Made by a program: the position numbers and the translations under genes. Shown here one piece after another: positions 46,583-59,785 of a DNA stretch of 64,000 nt. The notes below the pieces were generated by a model. That model was not told the origin of the DNA. It searched no databases and worked only from the letters and a program-made list of their open reading frames with translations. Each line of letters begins with the position of its first letter. Position 1 is the stretch's first letter. Source of the DNA: Candidatus Pacebacteria bacterium CG2_30_36_39 (GTDB lineage Bacteria > Patescibacteriota > Microgenomatia > UBA1400 > PJMF01); the NCBI GenBank assembly GCA_001873435.1, contig MNZB01000003.1, forward strand, positions 70,427 to 134,426, written 5' to 3'.

Positions 46583-47476
46583 TTAAATTACCTCATTCTC
46601 AGCAAGCATAGAAGTGATTTGATAGTTTCTTTCAGCAAGCATCAAGAGAGTTTTTTCTCTGATCAAAAATACATCTAGATCAAAATCAGCTGGTTGATTT
46701 TCAATGGTTAACCATTCAAGATTTTCACCCAAACTTTTGATTACTTGAGCGAGGTCTTGCCAATGCTGTTTGGTCATTATTTCCAATGGCAAAGAATCCC
46801 CATTGACCCCAACGGGAATATGTAAACCAGAGCCTGGCAATTGAGAAATTACTTGATAAATATTTGTTAAAACCTTCTTCCAATTTTCATCAAAAGTATG
46901 TTGGTCAAGACCATGAAGAGTTTTCAATGATTGAGTATATTCTTTAAGCGCATGAACTAGATCAATCATGATGCCAGCAGATACCTTTTCAGCTTGAAGA
47001 GCTTTAACTTGTCTTACTGTGGCTTCTAGCGACCCCACATCTAGTACATTTTCTACTAAGATATGTCCTGGGTATTCCATCGAAACAAGGGTTTGAATTC
47101 TACCAGTTCTTTTTAATTCTGGCTCATGAACTAGTAAATAGTTTCTTGATTTTCCTGCCTGGAATAATTCTGGCCTTACCTTGACTACTGGTTCTAAACC
47201 AGCCATTAATTGATCAAATACAGCTGCTTTGAATTTTTCTAACTTAGAAACAGCAGCTTCTGGACCACCAACTGGACCATGAATTCCTCTGATAGATAAC
47301 AAGGGATTTGTTTTTTCTTTAGCTTGGTTAATTAAATGTTTCCAACCAAGCATCTCAATAGCAATGGTTTCTTCGCCTAGTACTGGTAGGGATTGGGCAT
47401 AAATTCTAGCTAGTTGATCAAAGTTTCCCCATATACCAACTATGTCACTTGAGACTAATACTTCAGGTTTTTTCAT
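46583..47476 (-). CDS. hypothetical protein (possibly TIM-barrel sugar-phosphate isomerase/epimerase-like)
   Basis: 297-aa soluble protein. Fold guess only. No confident motif. Confidence 0.45.
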   Translation of the reverse strand: MKKPEVLVSSDIVGIWGNFDQLARIYAQSLPVLGEETIAIEMLGWKHLINQAKEKTNPLLSIRGIHGPVGGPEAAVSKLEKFKAAVFDQLMAGLEPVVKVRPELFQAGKSRNYLLVHEPELKRTGRIQTLVSMEYPGHILVENVLDVGSLEATVRQVKALQAEKVSAGIMIDLVHALKEYTQSLKTLHGLDQHTFDENWKKVLTNIYQVISQLPGSGLHIPVGVNGDSLPLEIMTKQHWQDLAQVIKSLGENLEWLTIENQPADFDLDVFLIREKTLLMLAERNYQITSMLAENEVI

Positions 47477-47560
47477 AAAAAAGATATTTTATACCTAAGT
47501 TTTATAAAAAAAAGACTCCAATTAAACAAGTTAAAAGGAGTCTTTAATCAATCTTTTTAA

Positions 47561-50311
47561 TTATTCTTCCGTTTGTTCTTCACCACCATCGCCATCTAAT
47601 TCTCCGGTAACAGCCACTGCGACAACTGCATCTTCAGGTTTGAGTTTCATCAAAATTACGCCTTGAGTTGGTCTGGTTAGGTAAGGAATAGACTTTTTAC
47701 TAATAGGCAATCTAATAGTTTGACCTTCTTTGGTACTGATTACCACATCTTTGTGAGTTTCATCAACAATTCTTGCTGAAGCTACATCACCAGTTTTTTT
47801 AGTAATTTCAGAAACCTTTACTCCCAAGCCAGATCTTTTTTGAACAGGATACTGATCTAGAGTAGTGCGTTTACCCATACCTCTTTCAGTTACGAGCAAT
47901 AGGGATGTTTTTTCAATATATGATTTTTCATCTGGAAAAGCTTCTACGCCAATTACATAATCATCTTTTTTCAAGGTAATACCCTTAACACCTTTAGTAT
48001 CACGTTGAGAAGATTTGACTTCTTCTTCAGTGAAGCGAATTGATTTACCCTGGTGGGTAATCAACATAATATGATCTTTGCCAGTGGTTACTCTACCCCA
48101 AACCAGCTCATCACCATCATTGAGAATAATGGCAACGATGCCGTTCTGACGAATATTATCGTAGAGTTTGACAGCAGTTTTCTTAACTAGACCATTGTGG
48201 GTAGCCAAGGTAATGAATTTTTCTTGATCTTCTTCAATATTTACCACCATTAAAGCCCTGGCGGTTTCATTTGGCTGCAAATTAACTAGGTTTACAACAG
48301 CCGTACCCTTAGCTTGTCTTGATGCCTCGGGAATTTCAAAGGCTCTCATGCGGAAAACACGACCTTGATTGGTGAATAAGAGCAAAGTGTCATGGGTGTT
48401 GCAACTTACTACGGCTTGAAGAACGTCTTCTTCTTTCATTTTGAGACCAGCGCTACCTTTTCCACCTCTAGATTGAGAGCGCAAAGCACTTGGACTCATA
48501 CGTTTAATATAGCCACTTTCTGTTAAGGTAATAACAGCTATTTCATTGGCCACAAGATCTTCTTCACTGAATTCTCCAATTTTACCCTTAACTAATTTTG
48601 TACGACGCTCATCTCCATAAAGCTCAATCATTTCTTCAGTTTCTTTGACGATGACATCTAAAATGTTTTGTGGGGAGGTAAGAAGTAGTAATAAGGCATC
48701 CATCTTTTCTTTAATGGTCTTATATTCATCTTCTATTTTTTGTCTTTCAAGGGCAGCAAGTCTCTTGAGTTGCATTTCAAGAATAGCTAAGGCTTGTTTT
48801 TCACTCAAACCAAATTTTTTCATCAATGATTCTCTAGCCGTATCTGTGTCTTTTGATTTGCGAATAGTAGCAATTACTTCATCAAGGTTTTTAAGGGCAA
48901 TTAATAAACCTTCTAAGATATGAGCACGATCTCGAGCTTCTGCCAATTCAAATTGAGATCTTTTGACTACTACTAATTGACGGTGAACGATATATTCTTT
49001 CAAGATCTGGCGCAAGTTCATTAGCTGAGGTGTTCCCTCACTATCGAGTGCGACCATGTTCATTGAGAATGTTGATTGTAGTTCTGAATATTTAAATAGT
49101 TTGTTCAAGACGACTTTTGGTCGAGCATCACGTTTTAATTCAATCACAACGCGCATGCCAACACGATCTGATTCATCGCGAAGGTTTTTAATGCCAATGA
49201 TTTTTTTATCGCGAACTAAATCAGCGATTTTCATCAACATTCTAGCTTTATTAACTTGATAAGGAATTTCAGTAACAATAATACTGAAACCACCCTTTTT
49301 CTCTTCCTCAATTGAGGCTTTGGCGCGTACAACCACTTTTCCCCTACCAGTTCGATAGCCTTCTTTAATGGCATTAAAATCATACATAATACCAGCAGTT
49401 GGAAAATCTGGACCCTGAATATGGGTCATTAATTCCTCAAATTCTACTTCAGTCTCAAATTCTCCAGACAACTCACTTGATTTTGCAGCTAGGACGGCAT
49501 CAATAGCTTCATTATTTGCTAGATCACCATTCTTTTTGATGTCTTTTTGTTCAACAACTATCTTCTCTACCGGAGATTTTCCTTTGGTAATCATGGCAAT
49601 GATTGATTTGCTTACCTCAGTTAAATTGTGAGGTGGAATCTTGGTTGCCATACCAACAGCGATGCCTTCAGAGCCCATCAACAAAAGATTGGGAAGACGA
49701 GTTGGCAAGACAGATGGCTCTGTCATAGAACCATCAAAATTATCTACAAAAGGAACGGTTTCTTTATTGATATCAGCTAAGAGCTCTTGAGAAATTTTGG
49801 CTAAACGAGCTTCTGTGTAACGCATGGCAGCTGGACTATCACCATCAACAGAGCCAAAGTTACCCTGTCCATCAACTAGTGGATAGCGCATGCTAAATTC
49901 TTGAGCTAAGCGAACCATAGCTAAATAAACAGAAGAATCACCATGAGGGTGATATTTACCTAAAACATCACCTACGATACGAGCTGATTTTTTATAAGAA
50001 CTATTGTGGTGAATACCACTTTTGTACATTGAAAACAGAATACGACGATGAACTGGTTTCATGCCGTCTCTAACGTCAGGTAAAGCTCTGGAAACGATAA
50101 CACTCATGGCGTAATCCAGATAGGATTTTTCCATTTCGCTTACGATTGAAGTATGTTTGACTTTACCAAATCTGGTTTCTTCAATGGTGCCGATTAATGA
50201 GTCGCCATTAGAATATTCTTCAGTTACTTCTTCATTCAAAGTTGGAGTAGTTTCTTCAACTATTTCTTCGTTTAACTCTTCATTTTCTAATGGTTTATTT
50301 TCGTCAGTCAT
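47561..50311 (-). CDS. gyrA: DNA gyrase subunit A
   Basis: [24 protein letters not shown] active-site Tyr region, C-terminal beta-pinwheel repeats. About 60-aa insertion before the GPDFPT motif. Confidence 0.95.
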   Translation of the reverse strand: MTDENKPLENEELNEEIVEETTPTLNEEVTEEYSNGDSLIGTIEETRFGKVKHTSIVSEMEKSYLDYAMSVIVSRALPDVRDGMKPVHRRILFSMYKSGIHHNSSYKKSARIVGDVLGKYHPHGDSSVYLAMVRLAQEFSMRYPLVDGQGNFGSVDGDSPAAMRYTEARLAKISQELLADINKETVPFVDNFDGSMTEPSVLPTRLPNLLLMGSEGIAVGMATKIPPHNLTEVSKSIIAMITKGKSPVEKIVVEQKDIKKNGDLANNEAIDAVLAAKSSELSGEFETEVEFEELMTHIQGPDFPTAGIMYDFNAIKEGYRTGRGKVVVRAKASIEEEKKGGFSIIVTEIPYQVNKARMLMKIADLVRDKKIIGIKNLRDESDRVGMRVVIELKRDARPKVVLNKLFKYSELQSTFSMNMVALDSEGTPQLMNLRQILKEYIVHRQLVVVKRSQFELAEARDRAHILEGLLIALKNLDEVIATIRKSKDTDTARESLMKKFGLSEKQALAILEMQLKRLAALERQKIEDEYKTIKEKMDALLLLLTSPQNILDVIVKETEEMIELYGDERRTKLVKGKIGEFSEEDLVANEIAVITLTESGYIKRMSPSALRSQSRGGKGSAGLKMKEEDVLQAVVSCNTHDTLLLFTNQGRVFRMRAFEIPEASRQAKGTAVVNLVNLQPNETARALMVVNIEEDQEKFITLATHNGLVKKTAVKLYDNIRQNGIVAIILNDGDELVWGRVTTGKDHIMLITHQGKSIRFTEEEVKSSQRDTKGVKGITLKKDDYVIGVEAFPDEKSYIEKTSLLLVTERGMGKRTTLDQYPVQKRSGLGVKVSEITKKTGDVASARIVDETHKDVVISTKEGQTIRLPISKKSIPYLTRPTQGVILMKLKPEDAVVAVAVTGELDGDGGEEQTEE

Positions 50312-50336
50312 ACTTTTGCTGTTTCTAATTACTTGG

Positions 50337-51284
50337 TTATTGTTTTAAGGCTTTTTCAATAGGTGGAGCGATTTCTTTTTTACGAGACATCTTGGCTCCA
50401 ATATCAATGATTTGATCGGTGACAACTCCGCCAAAGGCTTTTTGAGCAACCTTTGCTTCTTCATCGCCAATGATTAAGATTTTGCTATTAACTTTTAAGA
50501 CATCAGTAATAACAACAAATAGTAAATCAACACCTTCTTGCTCTTTTACTTGTTGCATGGCCTTTAATAGGTCTTGTTTCTTCTCCCCCACCAGTTTGTC
50601 TTGTTCAACTGTTTCTAGTTGGTCAATAAAAACTTTTTTGCCAAAATCAAAAACCTTGTAATCATTACGAATAATTTGTTCATCACTAAGACTGGAAACA
50701 TCAGATTTAGCTTTGAAAATCTCTAGAGCAAAACCATCAATGTCGGTAATTCCAGCAAGCTTGGCTAATTCCATTCCCAATTCTTTATCTTTATCAGTAC
50801 AAGTAGCTGATTTAAAACCAACTGTATCTGAAAGAATAGCAGCTAACATTATGCTGGCTAGGTTTTTGTCAGGGACCACGTTGTTTTGTTTCATGAGGAA
50901 ATAAACAATAGTGTTGGAAGATCCCCAAGTTTTAAAAGTCATGTAAATTGGTTGAGAGAAGTTTAAATTAGCCTTGTGGTGATCAATAATCTCGACAATT
51001 TGTTGTGGATTGATGCCAGGCATGCGTTGAGATTCTTCATTGTGATCAACTAGGACGATGGAGTCATCAGTAGTAATATCAGCAGCACTGATTTGTCTAG
51101 GAGCTTTTAAGCCAAATTTATCAAACAAAAAACTTGTTTCTGGATTGAGTGGATCTGCCATAACAGCCTCAGCATTGGGATGGCAAAAGCATTTTTCTTG
51201 TTGAAATAAAAACTGCAATGCCATAGCGGCAACTACTGAATCTGTATCTGGTTTAATGTGTCCAAGGATGTATGTTTTTGCCAT
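50337..51284 (-). CDS. ppaC: manganese-dependent inorganic pyrophosphatase (family II, DHH-DHHA2)
   Basis: Closely parallels Bacillus PpaC: ILGHxxPDTDS, [32 protein letters not shown] at 51284 directly after the gyrB stop. The ORF track's longer start is 51410. Confidence 0.8.
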   Translation of the reverse strand: MAKTYILGHIKPDTDSVVAAMALQFLFQQEKCFCHPNAEAVMADPLNPETSFLFDKFGLKAPRQISAADITTDDSIVLVDHNEESQRMPGINPQQIVEIIDHHKANLNFSQPIYMTFKTWGSSNTIVYFLMKQNNVVPDKNLASIMLAAILSDTVGFKSATCTDKDKELGMELAKLAGITDIDGFALEIFKAKSDVSSLSDEQIIRNDYKVFDFGKKVFIDQLETVEQDKLVGEKKQDLLKAMQQVKEQEGVDLLFVVITDVLKVNSKILIIGDEEAKVAQKAFGGVVTDQIIDIGAKMSRKKEIAPPIEKALKQ

Positions 51285-51297
51285 AAATTTCCTTTTT

Positions 51298-53373
<2,076 letters not shown>

Positions 53374-53392
53374 CTAACCCCTCAAAATCGTC

Positions 53393-54133
53393 TTAGTGAC
53401 TATGCTGCTTGATTGTAAAAAAACAATGTTCAATAACAAGCTTCACATTACCATTTTTTTGCCATGAATCAAGAGCAGTGCTTAGACTCTTGAGAGTAAA
53501 AACAGTTTTATGTTTATTTTCTAGGAGAATTTTAATTACTTTGGTAAGTTCCTTTTCCTTATTTTCAGATTTACTCCATTGTTCTGCTAAGTTAATTAGT
53601 TCTCCATAGTTTTTGCTAGCTGGATTGAGACAGAACTCCAGAGTTGTTTCTAAGTGTTCTGGTAAATTTAGATTTTCATTATTTTTTATTTTACTAAGAT
53701 TAATTTCTTGGCAACGAGAAGTTATTGTAGCCAAAATATTCGAGCCCTGGGTTTTAACTAAAGCAAAACCAATGTTTGCTGGTGGTTCTTCAAGGATTTT
53801 GAGTAATGCATTTTGAGCTGGCAAGCTAGCTTTGTCTGCGGCGCAAAAAACATAAATAATGCTTTCATCTGCACCTCGACCATAACTTGCTTGTTGGATG
53901 ATGGTCCTAATTAGTTCTATGGGTAGATTTTCCTCAGTTGTATTTAGGAAAATTAACTTGCTATTTGGGTATTTTTTTTGTAAATACTCACGAGCTAATG
54001 ACTCATGTTCACCATTCTCTGGTACGGTAAGCAAAACTGATATAGAAAGGTCTGGTTCGAATCCTTTTTTTCTCATAGCCATTGTGTCATTATATTCTAT
54101 GAATAATGACTGAGCCTGCCCAATCAACTCCAC
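53393..54133 (-). CDS. holB: DNA polymerase III delta-prime subunit
   Basis: LLKILEEPP motif, T..SRC sensor. GTG start per the ORF track. Alternative TTG at 54127 with AGGAG 9 nt upstream, or ATG at 54082. Confidence 0.7.
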   Translation of the reverse strand: MELIGQAQSLFIEYNDTMAMRKKGFEPDLSISVLLTVPENGEHESLAREYLQKKYPNSKLIFLNTTEENLPIELIRTIIQQASYGRGADESIIYVFCAADKASLPAQNALLKILEEPPANIGFALVKTQGSNILATITSRCQEINLSKIKNNENLNLPEHLETTLEFCLNPASKNYGELINLAEQWSKSENKEKELTKVIKILLENKHKTVFTLKSLSTALDSWQKNGNVKLVIEHCFFTIKQHSH

Positions 54134-55875
54134 CGGCTCCTATTGCTGTTCCTCAACATTTTTTGGATATCTTGTTGCGGGACAAAAAGTTAACTGAAGA
54201 TCAGGTTAATCAGCTACGCAACGAGCAGTTGCAAACAAATACATCTTACGAAGATCTTCTTCTTGAAAAAAAATGGGTTTCAGAGCTAGAGCTAACCAAG
54301 GCCAAAGCTGAGTTCAATGACATTCCTTTTACTTCTATTGCTGAAACCAGTATTTTGCCTGAGGCTTTGAATTTAGTGGGAGAAAGTGTCGCTAAGCGCT
54401 ATGGAGTTTTGGCTTTTTCCTATGACAAACCAGGAAAGACTCTAAAAGTTGCCATGAAAGATCCTTTGGATATTTCGGCAATCAGTTTTATTAAGCAAAA
54501 AACTGGTTTGAATGTTGAAGTTCATGCTGCTGTTCCTTCTGAGCTAGATCAGGCTTTAGCAGAACGTTATTCTGATGATATTTCTACCGAAGTTGATCAG
54601 GCTCTTGAACAAACTGGCGGTCAATCTGACAAAGTAATTAAACAGCAAAATGCTTCTCTTCGTTCTGAAGTGATGAGAGATGCTCCAGTTAATCGTATAG
54701 TGGAGACTATTTTGGATTTTGCTTTAAAAACCAGAGCTTCTGATGTACATATTGAGCCTCAGCAAGGTAGGACCAGAATTCGTTATCGTATCGATGGTAT
54801 CTTGACTGAAAAATTAGTTTTACCTCGTACAGTGCATGATGCAGTGGTATCTCGTATTAAGATTATCGCTAACTTGAAAATCGATGAAAAAAGAGTCCCT
54901 CAGGATGGTCGTTTTAATTATGTAGCAGATAGCATGGAGATTGATTTGCGTGTCTCTACTTTACCTACCATTAATGGAGAAAAAGTGGTGATGCGTTTGC
55001 TTAAGAAAAATACTACAGTACCTACTTTTGAGGAATTGGGCCTTAATGGTTTGGCTTTAAAGAATCTACGTGATGCCATGAAAATTCCTCGTGGCATTAT
55101 TTTAGTAACAGGTCCTACTGGTTCTGGTAAAACAACAACTCTTTATTCGGTTTTACATGAAATAAATACTCCTAAAGTAAATATTATGACTATTGAGGAT
55201 CCAGTTGAGTACCAGATGGCTGGTGTTAGTCAGGTGCAAATTAATCCTCAGGCTGGTTTGACTTTTGCCACTGGTTTGCGTTCTTTCTTACGTCAGGACC
55301 CTGACATTATCATGGTGGGAGAAATTCGTGATACAGAAACTGCGGAGCTTGCCATCCAAGCTTCGCTCACAGGTCATTTGGTGTTCTCTACCCTACATAC
55401 CAATTCTGCCTCTGGCGCTATCCCCCGTTTAATTGATATGGGCATGGAGCCTTTCTTGTTGGCTTCCACAATTACTTTAGTAATGGCTCAGCGTGTAGTA
55501 CGTCGTATCAATCCAGAGTATCGAGAAGAATATGTTCCAGAAGAAGCTGTGGTAGCAAATATTAAAGAGGTGTTGGGTGAAAGATATTTACAATGGTGTC
55601 AAATCAGTAAAAAAGATCCAGCCAAACCAATCCTCTATCGCCCTTCAAACAATCGACCTGCTACAGAACCAGACTACTTGGGTCGTATTGCTATTTTTGA
55701 GGTTTTTGCTGTTACAGAAGAAATTAATCGCATGATTATTGAGCGTAAAAATGATGTTGATATTGAGAGAGTTGGTTTGAAAAATGGCATGCTTTTGATG
55801 AAACAAGATGGTTATATCAAAGCGCTTGAAGGTATTACTACCATCGAAGAAGTATTAAGAGTAGCAGAGGTATAA
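54106..55875 (+). CDS. pilB: type IV pilus assembly ATPase PilB (GspE family)
   Basis: GspII N-domain, Walker A GPTGSGKTTT, Asp box, His box, Walker B. Confidence 0.9.
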   Translation: MTEPAQSTPPAPIAVPQHFLDILLRDKKLTEDQVNQLRNEQLQTNTSYEDLLLEKKWVSELELTKAKAEFNDIPFTSIAETSILPEALNLVGESVAKRYGVLAFSYDKPGKTLKVAMKDPLDISAISFIKQKTGLNVEVHAAVPSELDQALAERYSDDISTEVDQALEQTGGQSDKVIKQQNASLRSEVMRDAPVNRIVETILDFALKTRASDVHIEPQQGRTRIRYRIDGILTEKLVLPRTVHDAVVSRIKIIANLKIDEKRVPQDGRFNYVADSMEIDLRVSTLPTINGEKVVMRLLKKNTTVPTFEELGLNGLALKNLRDAMKIPRGIILVTGPTGSGKTTTLYSVLHEINTPKVNIMTIEDPVEYQMAGVSQVQINPQAGLTFATGLRSFLRQDPDIIMVGEIRDTETAELAIQASLTGHLVFSTLHTNSASGAIPRLIDMGMEPFLLASTITLVMAQRVVRRINPEYREEYVPEEAVVANIKEVLGERYLQWCQISKKDPAKPILYRPSNNRPATEPDYLGRIAIFEVFAVTEEINRMIIERKNDVDIERVGLKNGMLLMKQDGYIKALEGITTIEEVLRVAEV

Positions 55876-55879
55876 GTTT

Positions 55880-56959
55880 ATGAGTCAGATTACGATTCAA
55901 GAATCGACGATAAAAGCATTGCTAGATTTATTGATTACTCAGAATGGTTCTGATCTTCATTTGTTGGTAGGAGTAGTTCCTACCTTGCGTGTTAATGGTA
56001 GATTGCACCCAGTAGAGAATATGGCTCCTCTTACCAATGAAGATTCTAAGGCTCTAATATTTCCTCTTTTGACCAAGAAACAACAGGAATATGTTTTGGA
56101 GAACAAAGAACTTGATTTTGGTTACGAACATACCAATCGAGCTCGTTTTCGTATTAACGTTTATTATGAAAAAGATAATTTATCTGCAGCGATGCGCTTT
56201 ATTCCTTCCAAAATTCGTTCCATTGATGAGTTGGGTTTGCCAACTATTTTTCACCAGTTTACTCAATACTCTCAAGGCTTAATTCTGATTACTGGTCCTA
56301 CTGGTGAAGGTAAATCTACAACTCTGGCAGCTATGATTGATGAGGTTAATCACACTAGAGCTGAGCATATTTTAACAATCGAAGATCCTATTGAGTTTGT
56401 TTATGAACACGATAAAAGCATTATTTCTCAAAGAGAAGTTAATAGAGATACGTTTTCTTGGGAAATGTCATTGCGCTCAGCTTTACGTGAGGATCCTGAT
56501 GTGGTTCTAATTGGTGAAATGCGTGATTTTGAAACTATCGCTGCGGCTATTACCATTGCAGAAACCGGTCATTTGGTTTTGGCTACTTTACATACCGCTA
56601 CTGCTGCCCAAACTATTGATCGTATTATTGATGTCTTTCCTGCCCACCAACAATCTCAAATTAGAATGCAGTTGGCTGGAAGCTTACAAGCGGTAGTGTC
56701 GCAACGTTTAGTTACTAAGGTTGATGGTAGTTTAACTGCTGCTTTTGAAATTATGATGGCCAATTCAGCTGTTAGAAGTATGATTCGCGAAGAGAAAACT
56801 CATCAACTTGATGGCGTAATTCAAACTTCAGCTCAAGATGGCATGATGCTTTTTGAAAATCATTTAGCTCAGCTCATTCAACAAGGAACTATTAGTAAAG
56901 ATTCCGCTCTAAGAAAAGCTTTTAGGCCAGCAGAGCTACTGAGGTTAATCGGAGAGTAA
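55880..56959 (+). CDS. pilT: type IV pilus retraction ATPase PilT
   Basis: Walker A GPTGEGKSTT, PilT-specific AIRNLIRE-like region (AVRSMIREEK). Confidence 0.9.
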   Translation: MSQITIQESTIKALLDLLITQNGSDLHLLVGVVPTLRVNGRLHPVENMAPLTNEDSKALIFPLLTKKQQEYVLENKELDFGYEHTNRARFRINVYYEKDNLSAAMRFIPSKIRSIDELGLPTIFHQFTQYSQGLILITGPTGEGKSTTLAAMIDEVNHTRAEHILTIEDPIEFVYEHDKSIISQREVNRDTFSWEMSLRSALREDPDVVLIGEMRDFETIAAAITIAETGHLVLATLHTATAAQTIDRIIDVFPAHQQSQIRMQLAGSLQAVVSQRLVTKVDGSLTAAFEIMMANSAVRSMIREEKTHQLDGVIQTSAQDGMMLFENHLAQLIQQGTISKDSALRKAFRPAELLRLIGE

Positions 56960-56968
56960 ATTTAGAAT

Positions 56969-58168
56969 ATGCCAGTTTTTACATATACAGCAAAAAACGC
57001 TCATGGCGAAACTGTTAAGGGCAAGGTTGAGTCACAGAACAAAAGCTTGGCTGCTGGTATTTTAATCTCTCGTAATTTATTGGTAATCGATATTGCTGCA
57101 GCCAATGAAACTGGTTTATTTATTTCTAGTGTACTTAATAAGGTTAAGCATGAAGATTTGGTTAATTTCACTCGTCAGCTGGCGACCATGATCGATGCTG
57201 GTCTGCCCTTGGCAACTGGTCTAACAATTCTTAAAGACCAAGATAATCCTGCTATGACTGAAGTGGTAGCTTCTTTACTAAGAGAAGTTGAGGGTGGCGC
57301 TTCGTTTGCTAAAGCTTTGGAAAAACATCCTGATGTTTTTGATCGTATTTTTGTGCAGTTGGTTAAGGCTGGTGAGGTAGGTGGTGTTTTGGATAAGGTA
57401 TTGGATAAATTAGCTGAAAATCTAGAGAAAGATAAAGAATTTAGGGCCAAAACCAAGGGAGCGATGATTTATCCTGTGATCGTTTTTATCGCCATGTTGG
57501 TGGTTGGGTTTGTAATGATGGTTTTTGTGATTCCCAAATTGACTGATATGTATAAAGATTTTGGAGCTGAGTTGCCATTACCAACTTTGATATTGATGTC
57601 TATCGCTAATTTTATGGCAAATTTTTGGTGGTTAATTCTTTTAATTGTTGGTGGTGGAGCTTCTGCATTGCGTAGCTGGAACAAAACAACTATTGGCCAG
57701 CGCAAGATTGATGAGATTTTATTTAAAATTCCGGTTTATGGTATTTTGCGACAAAAAATTATTTTAACAAGTTTTTCTAGAACCCTTTCTTTGCTTTTGA
57801 GTTCTGGTGTTCCTTTGCTTAATGCTTTGATGATCGTAACGGAATCTATGGATAGTATTCTTTATCGCGAAGCGATGATGACAATTACTAAGCGGGTAGA
57901 AAAAGGCGTGACTCTTTCCAAAGCTGTTTCCTACTTCACTCTTTTTCCTGGTATTTTGCATCAAATGTTGGGTGTAGGAGAAGAAACAGGCAAGCTTGAT
58001 GAAGTGTTATTAAAACTTTCTAAATATTTTGAATCTGAAAGTGAGCAGGCAGTTAAAAACTTAACAGCCGCCATGGAACCTTTGATCATGGTAGTTCTTG
58101 GCGTTGGTGTAGGTGCAATGGTGATTGCTATCATTATGCCTATCTATAGTTTAACCAGTCAGTTCTAG
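56969..58168 (+). CDS. pilC: type IV pilus platform protein PilC (GspF family)
   Basis: Two T2SSF repeats, 3 TM segments. 399 aa. Confidence 0.9.
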   Translation: MPVFTYTAKNAHGETVKGKVESQNKSLAAGILISRNLLVIDIAAANETGLFISSVLNKVKHEDLVNFTRQLATMIDAGLPLATGLTILKDQDNPAMTEVVASLLREVEGGASFAKALEKHPDVFDRIFVQLVKAGEVGGVLDKVLDKLAENLEKDKEFRAKTKGAMIYPVIVFIAMLVVGFVMMVFVIPKLTDMYKDFGAELPLPTLILMSIANFMANFWWLILLIVGGGASALRSWNKTTIGQRKIDEILFKIPVYGILRQKIILTSFSRTLSLLLSSGVPLLNALMIVTESMDSILYREAMMTITKRVEKGVTLSKAVSYFTLFPGILHQMLGVGEETGKLDEVLLKLSKYFESESEQAVKNLTAAMEPLIMVVLGVGVGAMVIAIIMPIYSLTSQF

Positions 58169-58250
58169 TTACTTGAAGGCTCGCCTCTTGTGCTGCTGGT
58201 TAAAAATAGTTTATAGTAAGTAAGTGTATAAACACGAAGGGATGTATAAA

Positions 58251-58883
58251 ATGAAAAAGATATTTTCACTCTTCAATCAGGTCAAACAGCAAGCTGGTTT
58301 TACAATGACTGAGCTGTTGATCGTGATTGGTATTTTGGGAATCTTGGCTGTTGCCGTTTTGGCTGCCATCAATCCTATTGAACAGATTAATAGAGGTCGT
58401 GACACTGGTAGTCGCTCTGATACGGAGCAGTTGATTAGTGCTATTGACCGTTACTATGCATTTAATGGTTATTATCCATGGCAAACAGGTGCTTCTGACG
58501 TAGGTAATGTCGCCCTTGCTTGGGTTCATTTTGAGGACACCACTCTAACTGATAGTGGTGGAACTTGTAAGTTGGGTGAAAAGCTTGGTACTGCTACAAC
58601 TGTTGGTTGTACTGGCTCTGATGAACTCAAACAAAGCTTTATCGAAAGAGTTTCGGCCGCTACTTATAACTATATTTATATTTATAACAACGGTGCTCAG
58701 GGTAGTAGTACTTATGCCTGCTATGCTCCAAAGTCAAATGCTTTTGTGCAAGAAGTAAAAGGCAGACTAGATCCGGATAATGACGGAACTTATGATAACT
58801 ACCCAGCTGACTATCCTTATAGCGATGCTATTGGTAACACTGCTCAATGTGGTGCATCTGGAAACTGTGTTTGTATTCCGTAG
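58251..58883 (+). CDS. pilA: type IV major pilin
   Basis: Class III signal ...KQQAG/FTMTELLIVIGILGILA with Glu+5. The Cys pair near the C-terminus (CGASGNCVC) forms a D-region. The ORF track start is 58224. Confidence 0.8.
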   Translation: MKKIFSLFNQVKQQAGFTMTELLIVIGILGILAVAVLAAINPIEQINRGRDTGSRSDTEQLISAIDRYYAFNGYYPWQTGASDVGNVALAWVHFEDTTLTDSGGTCKLGEKLGTATTVGCTGSDELKQSFIERVSAATYNYIYIYNNGAQGSSTYACYAPKSNAFVQEVKGRLDPDNDGTYDNYPADYPYSDAIGNTAQCGASGNCVCIP

Positions 58884-58918
58884 TCTGAAACTTAAGAAAA
58901 ATATAACTCCCCTGCCTT

Positions 58919-59782
58919 ATGGAGGGGAGTTTTTGTTGTATACTCAAGGTCATGATGTTTTTTGAAATCATTGGTTTTTTTGTTTTCCTATTTGGAGCTG
59001 CCATTGGTAGTTTTCTAAATGTTTTAGTTTATCGTTCTATGAGGGGACAAGATTGGGTTAATGAACGTTCTGTTTGTGAAAAGTGTAAGAAAAAAATTCC
59101 TTGGTATGAAAATATTCCTATTTTTTCTTATCTATTTTTGCGCGGCAGATGTTCTGGGTGTCAAACAAAAATAGATAAGATTCATCCTTTGGTTGAAACG
59201 ATGACGGGGATTTTATTTTTATGGTGGTATTTTGCTGGTTATATTTTCTTTAAAATTAGTAGTGCTCCCCTACTCTATGTTCAACCTATTTTTTGGTTAT
59301 TTATTAGTATTATTTTTATCGTTATTTTTCTGGTTGATCTCAAATATTACGTTATTCCAAATTGGACAATTTCATTTCTTACCTTTGGTACTTTGGTTTA
59401 TCGTTTTCTCCTGCTTTTTTCTGGAGAAATGCGTTGGATAGATTTTGGTTGGAGCTTGGTTTGGACTGTTTGTTTTTTTGGTTTTTTCTTTGGTTTGAAA
59501 TTAATTGCTAGTTGGTTAGCAAAAAAAGAGGCTTTTGGTGATGGAGATGTTTTGTTGGCAATTCCTTTGGGTCTGATTCTTGGTTCGTGGCAGAGGATTT
59601 TAGTAGCCTTATTCTTTTCCTTTGTAATTGGTGCAATAGTAGGGGTTATCTTGATAATATCGAATAAAAAGACTATTAAAAGTAATCTACCTTTTGGTCC
59701 TTTTCTCATCATTTCAACTCTCATCAGCTTGGTGTGGGGCTACAAAATCTTGGCTGAATATGTCAAGATAGTACTTAGATAA
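58919..59782 (+). CDS. pilD: prepilin peptidase (A24 family) PilD
   Basis: N-terminal CxxC..CxxC zinc box, 8 TM, conserved Asp pair (AFGDGDV). Confidence 0.85.
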   Translation: MEGSFCCILKVMMFFEIIGFFVFLFGAAIGSFLNVLVYRSMRGQDWVNERSVCEKCKKKIPWYENIPIFSYLFLRGRCSGCQTKIDKIHPLVETMTGILFLWWYFAGYIFFKISSAPLLYVQPIFWLFISIIFIVIFLVDLKYYVIPNWTISFLTFGTLVYRFLLLFSGEMRWIDFGWSLVWTVCFFGFFFGLKLIASWLAKKEAFGDGDVLLAIPLGLILGSWQRILVALFFSFVIGAIVGVILIISNKKTIKSNLPFGPFLIISTLISLVWGYKILAEYVKIVLR

Positions 59783-59785
59783 AGT

